A stretch of 64,000 bases of DNA. Origin: Gammaproteobacteria bacterium (lineage in GTDB: Bacteria; Pseudomonadota; Gammaproteobacteria; Ga0077536). The notes beneath the pieces were generated by a model. The model worked only from the letters and a program-made list of their open reading frames with translations, made no database searches and was not told where the DNA came from. Of this stretch, positions 1-10,249 are shown piece after piece. Where the stretch lies: NCBI GenBank assembly GCA_963662545.2, contig CAXXLL010000003.1:2176001-2240000 (forward strand), read 5' to 3'. A program made the position numbers and the translations under genes. The stretch's first letter is position 1; each line of letters begins with the position of its first letter.

Positions 1-13
1 CTATCAAGAGGCC

Positions 14-517
14 GTGGATCTCGTGCAGCTGTATCCCTGGCCCGACCCTGAAGACCCTGAGGCTTGGGCCACCTTTGGGCTCGTCTTAGACTGTGTGGAG
101 GAGGAGGATGGGCGGCAGGTGCTGATAGAAGAGCACGTCCGGGAATGGCTTGAAGTCTGGCAAGACGAAAGCGAGCGGAAGTGGGATCGATTTTGGGTGC
201 AGGAGGCGCTCGAAGAAATCGCAAGGCGGGTACCGGATCATCCACTCGCCACCGAGATCTTAGAACGGCTGGAGAGCGGGCGCCTGAACCGACCGAGTGG
301 TCGGTACGATCCGCGCAAAAATGAGGTTCGCGACGTGCATATTCTCAAAGTGCTCGATGATTTGGTGGACCTCGACATGAACCCGACGCGCCACCTGTGG
401 GGTCCAAAGGAAGAATCAGCATGCGACGCGGTCGCGACGGCGAGGGGACTCTTCTTGTCGTACACGGGGGTCGAATCGGTTTGGAAGCGGCGGCCACACA
501 CGGAAACCAGGCGCTAA
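14..517 (+). CDS. hypothetical protein of integrative element A (may be 5'-truncated by the window edge)
   Basis: 167-aa ORF; a GGAG RBS for the next gene follows the stop; C-terminal RD..I..VL...PTR...SACDAVA..Y..V..VW pattern resembles small element-encoded DNA-binding proteins (by eye). Confidence 0.55.
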   Translation: MDLVQLYPWPDPEDPEAWATFGLVLDCVEEEDGRQVLIEEHVREWLEVWQDESERKWDRFWVQEALEEIARRVPDHPLATEILERLESGRLNRPSGRYDPRKNEVRDVHILKVLDDLVDLDMNPTRHLWGPKEESACDAVATARGLFLSYTGVESVWKRRPHTETRR

Positions 518-541
518 GAGGCGACCCCAAGGAGCAGCACG

Positions 542-1528
542 ATGGGGCATGACCTTTTCCAGGGCAGCATGGCGTTCGTGGGCGAGACACCGTGGCACCG
601 CCTCGGCACGGCGGTTGAATCACACATAACAGCGGAGCAGATGATGTGCGCGGCCAATTTGGATTGGCAGGTTCGAAAGCAGCCCGCCCCCGGCGCTCGG
701 CTGCTCGATGCAGGCAGGAAAGTCTATGACCGGTACATCGTGCTGCGTGACCCGGTGGGTGACGAGACCGAGGCGGTCGCGCTCGCCATCGTCGGCAAGG
801 ATTACGAGTCGCTCCAGAACAAGGATGCGTTCACGTTCTTCGAGCCCTTCATTGACAATGGCTGGGCCGAGTTCCACACAGCGGGCGCGTTGGGCAACGG
901 CGAGCGGGTTTGGGCGCTGGCGCGGCTGTCGGAACAAATGGTCATCCATGGGGACGACCCTGTCGATCGCTTCCTGTTGCTGTCCAACTCCCATGACGGG
1001 TCGAGCGCCGTCACCGTGCGGTTCACGCCGGTCCGAGTCGTCTGCCAAAATACGCTGAGCCTCGCACAGGCGGGCGGGACGGGGGTCGTGTCCGTCCGTC
1101 ATACCCGAAATATTCGCCACAATCTGAAAAAAACCCAGGCGCAAGCATTGAAGCGTCTCTCCGATGCGGTATTTGCTGAGGCCGGATCCCTGTTCGCTTG
1201 CATGGCAGAGTGCAGTGTGGCGCCCGCAGCGGTAGACGGTTATCTAGAGACGCTGTTTCCGAGGACTCGCCGGCAGAAGACCCAAGGTCTGGAACCTGAG
1301 CGGTGGGCACGCGTGAAGCAGATCCTTGGCGACGAAGCCGTCACGCCGTCCGCGACACGCGAGACGCTGTGGGCGCTCTACAACGCGGTCGTTCGGGATG
1401 AAGACTACCGCCGCACCCGTGAAGTGACCGCAGATGCGCGTTTGGAACGGGTGTGGTTCGGGCGCGGATATGGCTTGAAACGCAAGGCGCTTGAAACGGC
1501 CCGAGTACAGTTGGATAGCGCCGCCTGA
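542..1528 (+). CDS. DUF932 (phage/plasmid-like, TIGR03299-type) protein
   Basis: MAFVGETPWHRLG, ANLDW, TAGALGNGERVW, LLLSNSHDGS, TPVRVVCQNTL, VRHT motifs; AAGGAG RBS. Confidence 0.9.
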   Translation: MGHDLFQGSMAFVGETPWHRLGTAVESHITAEQMMCAANLDWQVRKQPAPGARLLDAGRKVYDRYIVLRDPVGDETEAVALAIVGKDYESLQNKDAFTFFEPFIDNGWAEFHTAGALGNGERVWALARLSEQMVIHGDDPVDRFLLLSNSHDGSSAVTVRFTPVRVVCQNTLSLAQAGGTGVVSVRHTRNIRHNLKKTQAQALKRLSDAVFAEAGSLFACMAECSVAPAAVDGYLETLFPRTRRQKTQGLEPERWARVKQILGDEAVTPSATRETLWALYNAVVRDEDYRRTREVTADARLERVWFGRGYGLKRKALETARVQLDSAA

Positions 1529-2351
1529 ATCGCTAGGCTGAACACGCGCGAGGCCGAGTACTACGCTCCACCACGGGCCCCCGAGGGCGATTCCATCGCA
1601 GGCCTTTCGACGGACAACGCCCGGCGCTGAGGCGGGGTGACCGCGTCCCGCCGTTGGGAGTCCCCTTTGCTATCACCCTGGCGGTGGACCTCCCTTCGAT
1701 CCGTCTTGCAATACCCGAATCGCCCTAGGCCGTCTACGTGCGGGTCTGCCGAATTCTTCGATGAAAGCGGGCTTACCAGTCAAGTTGACAAAGCGCCGGA
1801 GACGCTGGGAACCGGATGGCCGGTGGCGGCGCCCCCGACGCTCAGCCGCACCCGGAAGTGGGTGTTCAATTGCGCCCATTGCGTCCATTACGCCCTAAGC
1901 GCTCCAAACGGTGTCGATGATGGGCGCAATATGGACGCACGGTTGCAAGCCTTCCCGCGCCCGGCAAAAAGCTGCTCGGCCAATGTAACCAGACGGCTCC
2001 GGGCGACCATCACGAGTCTCCGAGCAGATCAAGGGCCGCCTTCCAGCCGCGGTTGCACTCTGCGGTGAGTCCGCCTGACACACGGGCAGTGAGCAGGGCG
2101 TGCTGAAGACCCTCGATCCTCCGTTCAACCACCGGAACGTGTCCCATACACGGGGCGCACACCGGCGAGGAGCGTAACGCCCACTGCAAGAGACTCTATC
2201 GGTGCATCCGGAAACACCAATCCCGTCGGCTTTCCGACGCGCGACCGAGTCCCGCCATAGTGGGGCACCATGCCGGAAAAAGTTGTGCCCAACAATTCAT
2301 GTTGGATGTCTTCCATGCTGCGCGTTTCATCATGACAGCAGGAGAACCACC

Positions 2352-2654
2352 TTGGATGAGTATAACGTACATCGTTCCGAAGGCGGACCGTCCGCGCGCT
2401 TCGAGGCTCACCGCTACTACCGGCCGGGCGACCCAGCCCTGTCCGTGATCGCCTCGCGCGGCACGCTGGCGACATGGCGCTGGCAAGGCCGCGGGCCGCG
2501 TTATACGAAGTTCGGCCATCGCATTCTGTATTTAGGCGCCGATCTCAATACGTGGCTGGATGCGCGCGTGGTCGAACCGACGATCCGGATAGCCGAGGAT
2601 GGGGGGACGCCGCGAGGGGCCCGCTGCTGGTCAGACGGCGGGGTGAGCACATGA
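2352..2654 (+). CDS. excisionase/HTH_17-like DNA-binding protein (start uncertain)
   Basis: SRGTLATWRWQGRGPRYTKFGHRILYLGADLNTWLDAR motif; ATGA overlap with the downstream Toprim gene. Confidence 0.75.
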   Translation: MDEYNVHRSEGGPSARFEAHRYYRPGDPALSVIASRGTLATWRWQGRGPRYTKFGHRILYLGADLNTWLDARVVEPTIRIAEDGGTPRGARCWSDGGVST

Positions 2655-3593
2655 CCGGTCCGGTCGCGGTGACAGACTGGGCCGCGGTGATGGGCGACGT
2701 GGCGATTGCCTTGCTGGGCGAGCCGAACGCGGCACTCTCGAGTGAGCGCGAGTTGCGCTACGGGCACCGGGGCAGCCTAGTGGTGCACATCGCGGGCCCG
2801 TACGCCGGCTGGTTTCGCGACCATGAGGCAGGCACGGGCGGCGGTGTGCTCGACCTCATAGGGCGTGAACGCGGTGGCGCTCGGCACGAAGCGTGGGCTT
2901 GGCTTTGCGCACACGGTTTTCTGTCCGAACAGACCGTTCCCATACGGGAGCGCCGCCCACGAACCGTCACGACGCATGGCACTGATGCCCAAGAGACGAG
3001 CGGCAAGCGAGCTTGTGCGCGCGCAATCTGGAAGGAAGCCCTTCCGTTGAGAGGTTCGCTCGCCGAAGCCTATCTGCACAGGCGCGGTGTGGCGGTGGCC
3101 GACGCGCCGGCGCTGCGATTCCACCCGCGACTTCGACATCCGCGCGCGCCCTATTCGTTTCTCCCCTGTCTGGTGGCGTGCGTGCAGGACTGTGGAGGGC
3201 GATTTCTCGGGATCCAGCGCACCTACCTGGAGGGCCCGGACAAGGCCCCCGGTCCAGCCGGTTCGCGCGAGTCTCGGGCGGCTCACGGGTGGTGCGGTTC
3301 GACTTGCCGAGCCGGCGGACGAGGTGCTGCTCGTCGGCGAGGGCATCGAGTCGGCCGCAGCGGCCATGCAGCAGTTCGACCTGCCCGGCTGGGCCGCGCT
3401 CGGGACCGCTGGGCTGTGTGCGCTGGTCGTGCCCGAGGCCGTCCGCGAAGTGATCATTGCCGCCGACCGCGATGCGCCCGGACTCGAAGCGGCGGCAGCG
3501 CTCGCCGAGCGGCTGGAGGCCGAGGGGCGGCGCATCACGATCGTTGCGCCCCGTGCCGGCGGTGACTTCGCCGATAAGGAGGATGGTCGATGA
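2651..3593 (+). pseudogene. Toprim-domain primase, frameshifted at the C-run near 3246-3250
   Basis: First frame gives ELRYGHRGSL..AEAYLHRRG..ALRFHP..GIQRTYL..DKAP; after one extra C the second frame gives GGAVRL..VGEGIESA..IIAADRDAPG..GDFAD; ATGA overlaps at both ends; could be a sequencing homopolymer error. Confidence 0.85.
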
Positions 3594-5296
3594 GCAGGTC
3601 AACGAAGGATGTCGGCATCCTGAACATATTTGAGGCGAAGCGCGAGGCGGCGATCCTCAGGCAGTTGCCTGAAGACTGGGTGGCGCTCGTCGAGCGTTCA
3701 AGACTGGACCCGGGCGCGCCGTTGGAGAAACCGGCCATTAAGCGTCTCAAGACACTACGCGCCGAGGACGCGCCCACTTGGGCGCGACTGCGGCAACTAC
3801 TCAAGGCTCTCAATGTGCCGGTCACGGAGCTTGACCGCCAGACCCGCCTGGCCGAGCCGGGCCACAAGGGGGGCTCAGCGCAAGTCCGTCGCTTGCTCGA
3901 CATGGTCGAACGCGACTGCACTCTGTTTCACTGCGGAGATGAGGCGTTCGCCGAGTTCGAGCACGACGGGCACCGTCAATCGTGGCCGGTGCCCTCGCAG
4001 GGCTTTAGCGCGTGGCTTCGGGCGCGATACTTCGAAGCATCCGACGGCGGCGCGCCAAACAACGAGGCGTTGCAAACGGCGATCGGCACGATCGCGGCAC
4101 GGGCGCAGTTTCGAGGCCTGGCGCGCGAGGTCTATCGTCGTGTCGGCTCGGAGGCCGGCCGGCTTTATCTCGACCTCTGCAATGACGCCTGGCAGGCCGT
4201 CGAGATCGACGCGACCAGGTGGCGCTGCGTTGACCGTCCGGCGGTGCGGTTTATCCGCACGCGGCACATGCGCGCACTGCCCGAGCCCAAGCGCAATGGG
4301 CAGATCGAAGCCCTCCGAGCGTTTCTCAATCTGGCCGGCGATGACGACTTCAACCTCGCCGTAGCTTGGCTCTTGGCGGCACTCCGCCCGACCGGCCCGT
4401 ATCCGGTGCTGGTGCTGACGGGTGAGCAAGGGTCGGCCAAGAGCACGTGCGCACGGATGCTGCGTGCCCTTGTCGACCCCCATGAGGCGGCGCTGCGTGC
4501 ACCGCCGCGCAATGAACACGAACTGTTCATCGCCGCGCGCAACGCACACGTGCTGGCGTTCGACAACCTGAGCACGGTCTCGCCGTGGCTGTCGGATGCG
4601 CTATCCCGGCTCGCAACAGGGGCCGGGTTCGCTGCGCGCAAGTTGTACACCGACGACGAGGAGAACGTGATCAGCGCGGAACGCCCCACGATCCTGAACA
4701 GTATCGATGCCGTCGTGACGCGAAGTGATTTGGCAGACCGGGCACTTGTCCTGACGCTCGAGGCCATCCCGGATACGCACCGCAAGCGGGAATCCGTTTT
4801 GTGGGCCGACTTCGAGCGAGCGCGCCCTCACATCCTCGGTGCCCTGCTCGATGCGATGGTGGTGGGGCTGAATCGGCTTGAGGAGGTGCGGCTCGACGAG
4901 CTACCGCGGATGGCGGACTTCGCCGAGTGGGCGGTGGCGTGTGAGCCCGGGATGTTCGACGAGGGCGCGTTCCTGCGTGCGTATGCACTTAATCGCAAGG
5001 GCGCCGTCACGACCGTGATGGATGCCAGCCCGGTCGCTAGCGCGATCTGCGACCTGATGCGAAAGAGGCGAGGTCAGGTCTGGGAAGGGACAGCGACCGA
5101 GCTGTACCGTGAACTAACCGGGCCCGTCGATAAGCGCGTGATGAAAACTCCGGGATGGCCCGTCAATGCACAAACGCTGAGCCGGTGTCTGAACACCGTC
5201 ACCTCGGCGCTGCGGCCGGTCGGGATCACGGTCGGCCGACAGAAGAGCGGCCAGCGTTTGATTTGGCTATCCGGCTCACCGGAAGGGAAACACTGA
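3590..5296 (+). CDS. P-loop ATPase / replicative helicase-like protein of a satellite-type element
   Basis: Walker A GEQGSAKST, Walker B VLAFDNLS, RKLYTDDEE, RSDLADRA, PRMADFA; C-terminal wHTH-like WEGTATEL; translationally coupled to the Toprim gene. Confidence 0.85.
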   Translation: MSRSTKDVGILNIFEAKREAAILRQLPEDWVALVERSRLDPGAPLEKPAIKRLKTLRAEDAPTWARLRQLLKALNVPVTELDRQTRLAEPGHKGGSAQVRRLLDMVERDCTLFHCGDEAFAEFEHDGHRQSWPVPSQGFSAWLRARYFEASDGGAPNNEALQTAIGTIAARAQFRGLAREVYRRVGSEAGRLYLDLCNDAWQAVEIDATRWRCVDRPAVRFIRTRHMRALPEPKRNGQIEALRAFLNLAGDDDFNLAVAWLLAALRPTGPYPVLVLTGEQGSAKSTCARMLRALVDPHEAALRAPPRNEHELFIAARNAHVLAFDNLSTVSPWLSDALSRLATGAGFAARKLYTDDEENVISAERPTILNSIDAVVTRSDLADRALVLTLEAIPDTHRKRESVLWADFERARPHILGALLDAMVVGLNRLEEVRLDELPRMADFAEWAVACEPGMFDEGAFLRAYALNRKGAVTTVMDASPVASAICDLMRKRRGQVWEGTATELYRELTGPVDKRVMKTPGWPVNAQTLSRCLNTVTSALRPVGITVGRQKSGQRLIWLSGSPEGKH

Positions 5297-5373
5297 AGGG
5301 CGTCCCCATGCGCGCGGGGCGGTGGTGGAGAGACACGTGCACCCATCCCTGAACGAACACCATAGGAGCACCA

Positions 5374-5910
5374 TTGATGAAGCACACCGAAATGATGGCC
5401 TTGTCAAATCGGGGGGGCACACGCACCGCGGTGGAACGCGCGAGCGCGTGGCTGCTGTCGCACTTGGAGGCGGGCAGCTGCTTGGACGCCGCCGGCTGGG
5501 TGTCGGCACGCGCGATTGAGTTGGCGCGTTCGAAGACCGGCGTGAGCCGTGCCGCGCTGAACCGGGCGCGCCGATGGTTACAGCAAACCGGAGACATCGA
5601 GAAACGGCGTCGCGGCTTTCAAGGTCCGTGGATGTATCGCGTGGTGGCCTCGAAGTCCAGGCACTGTCCGGTGTGCGGTGCGGTCAACGGTGTGCCGGCC
5701 CCGGCCCCTGCCGAGCCGGTGTCGACCCAGCCTGCGGTGGCGATCCGCTACCTTGGTCGGCGGTCCTGGTACGCTGATGGATTGTATGGGACCGGCCTCA
5801 TATGGCACGGCCCCGGTGACATCCAGCCGCTCGCCGACATAGACAAGGCACGGCGCATGGCCCGGAATCACCCGGATGCCTATGAGCTCGTCGAGGTCGA
5901 GTCCGACTGA
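5374..5910 (+). CDS. hypothetical protein (N-terminal wHTH-like, CPVC, phage-like C-terminal domain)
   Basis: 178-aa ORF after an AGGAG RBS; start may be 5377 or 5392. Confidence 0.55.
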   Translation: MMKHTEMMALSNRGGTRTAVERASAWLLSHLEAGSCLDAAGWVSARAIELARSKTGVSRAALNRARRWLQQTGDIEKRRRGFQGPWMYRVVASKSRHCPVCGAVNGVPAPAPAEPVSTQPAVAIRYLGRRSWYADGLYGTGLIWHGPGDIQPLADIDKARRMARNHPDAYELVEVESD

Positions 5911-6485
5911 CCGCGTTCAGGCGCCTGAGCCAAGGCAAACAAACGGCGCACAAGACCTGTTCCAACTGCCAACCGCTGAAACGCAAAGAGTCACCAAGAC
6001 CGTAACAAACAGCGTCGCACCTGCGGTCCGGTTGCCTCGTTGGGCCCACCTCCAGCGGAAAACGAGGGCAATATTGCTCAGCATGAAGAAGCGACCTTCA
6101 AAGCCGGTTGACACACTCGCGGCTGCCAACCTTTTGCGTCACCGTTGACAAAGTGACCACTAAGCACCCATAGCCGTTGTCGTTTATTCGTCAACACCTA
6201 TATACGATTGACGATCTCAACGTCGCTATAGCACACCGCCCACCGTGACAACTCATGTGGTCCGCCCTGTCGGGCCACCCGCTGAACACAACAGCTGTTC
6301 AATGCAGCGCTGGGTAGCTCCCGGTGCTGGGCGAATAAGCGGGACTTTCCGCGATCACGTGGGTTGTCGAGAGCTTAACCTACAGGTTCAGCCGCTCCAA
6401 CGCGTCTCGCGACCGCCCCCACCACGACCGCGCTGTAGTCAGTGCACTCCGCGCCCGGCGTGCCCGACCTCGCTTTCAGACAATT

Positions 6486-7202
6486 TCATGCGGCCACCTC
6501 ACACGGCCCCAAGCGAAGCTCCGCCAAAATCAAATTGTCTTTGAACACGTTCACCTCAACCGTCGAGGAGGTAAACCGTGGGGGCAGCCGCGTTTCTGAG
6601 GATACCGTAACTTGGTAGGAGGACGGCCAACTTTCCCCCGATGCAACGACTTCGTGCACGGCGCCGCACAAGGCGATACTAAGAACGCGCCCGTCGAAGT
6701 TGAACGTCATCTCGGTCTCCCCGGCAATCTCGGACAGAGCAGCTTGCAGCTTACGCCGAAGGGGGCGGGCATACTCCCGGTCGATGAAACACTTAGGGCT
6801 TGCTTGGTAGGCCGCCCGGTAGGCCTCTAACCTTTCCTGACTCGCCTGTTCCTCTCGGACGGCCGGCACGAGGTCCCAGTGGCGTTCTCCCTCCAGAAAC
6901 CAAGCTGGCAAGGGCTCTAGATCGGACCGGTCCGATTTGAGAACGTAGCTTACCCAGGCCGCGGCTTCCTGAGGGGTCCCGAGACTTGCCGGAAGGTGGT
7001 GCTCTATTTGGCTCAGAGTACGCCCGGTATTGAGAACACCGTTGAGAAGCACCTCGGGCTGAAAATACCTACTTATTGTGGCGGAGGCCTTCAAGTCGAG
7101 ATAGTGAAACCGATAACCGACGGTTTCCATGCCGAATTCGGGCTCCCGGCGCTCAAAGCCGAGCGCGACCAAGGCGTCTAGGGTTGGGTATTTGTCGCTC
7201 AC
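6486..7202 (-). CDS. hypothetical protein coupled to hsdS remnant
   Basis: 238-aa ORF with natural composition; GTG start overlaps the hsdS stop (GTGA, 7199-7202). Confidence 0.75.
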   Translation of the reverse strand: MSDKYPTLDALVALGFERREPEFGMETVGYRFHYLDLKASATISRYFQPEVLLNGVLNTGRTLSQIEHHLPASLGTPQEAAAWVSYVLKSDRSDLEPLPAWFLEGERHWDLVPAVREEQASQERLEAYRAAYQASPKCFIDREYARPLRRKLQAALSEIAGETEMTFNFDGRVLSIALCGAVHEVVASGESWPSSYQVTVSSETRLPPRFTSSTVEVNVFKDNLILAELRLGPCEVAA

Positions 7203-7480
7203 GCCGCGGCCTCCACGGCTTCTTCGGCGTTCGACAGGCTAATTTCGCCCCCGATGAGTTTTGGGAAGCGCGTTTGACGAAGCTGGGCAAGCGTGCGGCC
7301 CTTCGGTGTATTGGCGACTATTCGATCCAATAGCGACTCTGCGATACCGGCGAAGACACGCAGCAACGCTTGGCCCGGTTGGAGCATTCGAAACGTGTCG
7401 GTACTCGACCTTCCGAAATGGCTCATAACCGTTCCAACCTTACCGGGCTCAAAGAACCGGAATTCTCCACTCAATCCGTC
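7199..7480 (-). pseudogene. hsdS: type I restriction-modification specificity subunit, degenerate C-terminal fragment
   Basis: ...LLDRIVAN..RTLAQLRQTRFPKLIGGEISLSNAEEAVEAAA matches the conserved HsdS tail TLAxLRDTLLPKLISGE. Confidence 0.75.
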
Positions 7481-7897
7481 CCGTAATGGCTGACGCCCGA
7501 CAGAAGAAAACTGAACTGGCCAGATGCTGACCCTCAGACTCGACCATCTAAAGGACCCCGGCCGACCCAACCGGCGGTAAACAAAGCCGCAATGTTCACC
7601 AATGAAAAATAAAAATCACGCGTCATCTTTTTGCACTCGACCGGCGCTGATTTCTCCCGATATCCGCGCTGCTCCCAATTGTCACATGACCGCATAATCT
7701 CATGACACTCGCCGAGCGTGTCCATCCAGATGGGTCGGCTGGTGTACTTCGAACTCGTAGCGAATGGATCGGGCACGGGATAAGCGTTTCAGCCCGCGCG
7801 GAACTTCCAGGTGGCGGTTTCCTGTTCGCTACCACTCAAGGAAGGGCGTTTCGGCAATCAACTGATCGACGATGGCTTCGGCTTTCGGCCCTATCGG

Positions 7898-8267
7898 CAT
7901 CATGGCCTGGGACCTGTGCACGAAGATGACGGCACACGATGTGACGGGCAACCCTGGAGATGGCCCTGGCCGCAACAGGGATTGATTCAGTAACCGTCAG
8001 ACACGCCCCTACAAGACCGAACGTTGGCATGCGGCGATGAACAACCGAGTGTTGCCAGCGCACGACTATCTGCCTAGTGATCTACCGACCGATGTCGACG
8101 CTTTTGTTGAATAGTACAATCATCAGCCTTACCACGAGAGCCTGCAGAATCTGATACCGGCCGCCATCCACTTCGATCAAGCCGAGCCCGTGTCGAGGAA
8201 GCGGCGAATCATCAAAGAACGAATCATGTCACAACGACGACTGCAGCACCCGAAAACCGCCGCGTAA
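7898..8267 (+). pseudogene. IS3/IS481-like integrase-core transposase remnant
   Basis: Fragments IMAWDLCTKMTAHDVT..LEMALAATG and YNHQPYHESLQNLIPA..IKERIMSQRRLQH, with stops and deletions. Confidence 0.7.
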
Positions 8268-8324
8268 CCTTACACTGACAGGGATCCAAATGAACGATCA
8301 CCTTCGTGAACGAAACCTCCACTC

Positions 8325-8485
8325 CGTAAGCTTCCCCGTCAAGTAGACAGTTCAAAGCTAGAGTTCCGGCGAGCCATTGGCGGAACACCGAGGGCGGGAT
8401 CCGGCCGAGCGACTCGTGAGGACGTTGCTCATTGTAGGTGCAGGGCCAGCGCTCGGTGATGTCTCGGACTTGGTCTAGGGTGTTG
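8325..8485 (-). mobile_element. IS3-family right-end remnant
   Basis: TLDQVRDITERW..YNEQRPHESLGRIPP followed by end-like CTGTCTACTTGACGGGGAAGCTTACG. Confidence 0.65.
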
Positions 8486-8997
8486 CGACGTTTACAACGT
8501 GTTGTGAATCCGGCAGAAGTGTTAATGGGCGAAACAGAGCACCAGTATGTGCACGTGATTTTCAATCCGCTTCGAGACAGCGTTTGTCAATTGCGTAAAC
8601 CGCATCATACTCATTCGCAGTGTCAGGTCGTGGTGCTCCACGTGGGTGTGGGTGGCCTTGATCAGATAAGAACCGTCGTCCCGTTTCGTCACGTTGTCGA
8701 GTGCAATGCGGGCACGGTGCCCAACCCGCAGCGGCGCCGTGAATCGCACGCGATCGAAACCGTAATACAACGGTGTCATCTCCTCAGTCGTCGCAAACGG
8801 TAGGTCGAGCGCTTTCCAGGACTCGAAAATTAAAGACAACAGATGCAGACCGTGTACAGTGGTGGTGCCCCATTGGCTGTCCTTGGCCCACTCGGGGTTA
8901 TTGTGTTTGACGTCCCGATCGCCGGTCAGAAACGAGAACACGTCTTCCGATCGCTGATCGATCGAGAACCAATCCGTTGTTCCGATCTCGGAGCCTA

Positions 8998-10142
8998 AAT
9001 AGGTGTTCCAAAAACTCGATCAAATAAAAAGAACTCAGGTGACATTCAGAGATCAGAGGTTGTATCGAGCAATCTACGTTCCCGAAAGAGGTCACCTGAG
9101 TATGGATAGTTTAGTGTCATTGACGCGCTCACAGAAACGTCGCTTTAAGCGGTTGATTCAACGCAGCGATAACGGGCGGGTGGTTCGCCGCGCTCAAGTC
9201 CTGTTGCAGTTAGCTTCAGGCGTCTCACCGACGGCCGTGTCACGCAGTTTGTCGGTCGCGCGTTCAACGGTTTATCGATGGGTCACGCAATTCCAGACCG
9301 CGGGTGAAGCCTTTCTCGAGGCGTGCGGCTCGGGCCGGCGGGCGTATACGGTGGATGACACCCTGTTGGAGACGCTCGCCGAGTTAGTTGAGCAGCCGCC
9401 CAGTGATTATGGCTACCTGCGCAGTACGTGGACGAGCGAGATGCTGGCCGAGACGCTGAATTCGTTGCTGTCACGGCCCATTCACGCCTCTACGGTACGT
9501 CGCTGGCTAGTTAATTTGGGATTCGGCTGGCGTCGTGCTCGTCCGACCTTACATCTGCGCGACCCACGGGCAGCCACGCGCCTGAAAGCCATTCATCGTG
9601 CGTTGTCTCGAGCCCCATCGGGGCATGAAGTGTTTTACGCCGATGAGGTCGATATCGACCTCAATCCCAAAATCGGTTTCCTTTGGTCTACTCAAGGTTG
9701 TCAACGTGCCATCCCCACGCCTGGGCAAAACCGGAAACGCTATCTGGCGGGCGCGCTGCACGCACGAACCGGTCGCGTTGCGTATGTCGAGGGCACACGG
9801 AAAAACAGCGACCTATTCCTTTGCCTGCTCGACCACCTGCGGCAAACTTACCGCGCCGCGCGTCGAATTATCTTGATCGTGGATAACTACATCATCCACA
9901 AATGTCGCTTGGCACACGTCTGGCTAAAGCACAATCCGAAATTCCGATTGCTGTTCCAGCCGGCCTATCAGCCCTGGGTCAATGACATTGAGAAACTCTG
10001 GAAACAGTTGCACGACAATGTCACCCGGAATCATCGTTACTCGACCATCGACCGTCTGATGGACGCAGTACGTGCCTTCATGCGTGCGGCAAGTCCATTC
10101 CCGGGAAACTGCCCGAGTGTCGCAAGATTTGGATCACCTATT
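8998..10142 (+). mobile_element. IS630-family insertion sequence (intact)
   Basis: IRs AATAGGTG(T/A)TCCAAA; TA duplication at 8996-97 and 10143-44 in a CTAG target. Confidence 0.95.
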
Positions 10143-10145
10143 TAG
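9102..10145 (+). CDS. IS630-family transposase
   Basis: HTH VARSTVYRW; DDE motifs FYADEVD, IVDNYIIH, PWVNDIEKLW; the stop codon uses the duplicated TA. Confidence 0.95.
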   Translation: MDSLVSLTRSQKRRFKRLIQRSDNGRVVRRAQVLLQLASGVSPTAVSRSLSVARSTVYRWVTQFQTAGEAFLEACGSGRRAYTVDDTLLETLAELVEQPPSDYGYLRSTWTSEMLAETLNSLLSRPIHASTVRRWLVNLGFGWRRARPTLHLRDPRAATRLKAIHRALSRAPSGHEVFYADEVDIDLNPKIGFLWSTQGCQRAIPTPGQNRKRYLAGALHARTGRVAYVEGTRKNSDLFLCLLDHLRQTYRAARRIILIVDNYIIHKCRLAHVWLKHNPKFRLLFQPAYQPWVNDIEKLWKQLHDNVTRNHRYSTIDRLMDAVRAFMRAASPFPGNCPSVARFGSPI

Positions 10146-10249
10146 CTGTTCTGCTAAGTCGTCGAGCTGTCGAGCGCGTTGATCCACTTGTACATCCCTC
10201 CACCCTTCCACACCATCACCTAAACGCCGGGATCACCTTGTCTGCTAAG

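Larger units (their letters stand above)
8630..10187 (-). pseudogene. MaoC-like dehydratase split by IS630 and 3'-truncated
   Basis: Removing IS630 restores MDQRARQLDDLAEQLGSEIGTTDWFSIDQ..FLTGD..HNNPEWA..HGLHLLSL..YGFDRVRFTAPL; GGAGGG RBS before GTG at 10187. Confidence 0.8.

Noticed and set aside
1637-2340. Overlapping ORFs between DUF932 and the HTH gene
   Set aside because: No RBS, motifs or consistent coding pattern; treated as intergenic or decayed sequence
6372-6485. attC site downstream of the 238-aa gene (GCTGAACCTGTAGGTTAAGC on the minus strand)
   Set aside because: The right end fits GTTRRRY, but there is no matching RYYYAAC, no clear dyad and no integron integrase
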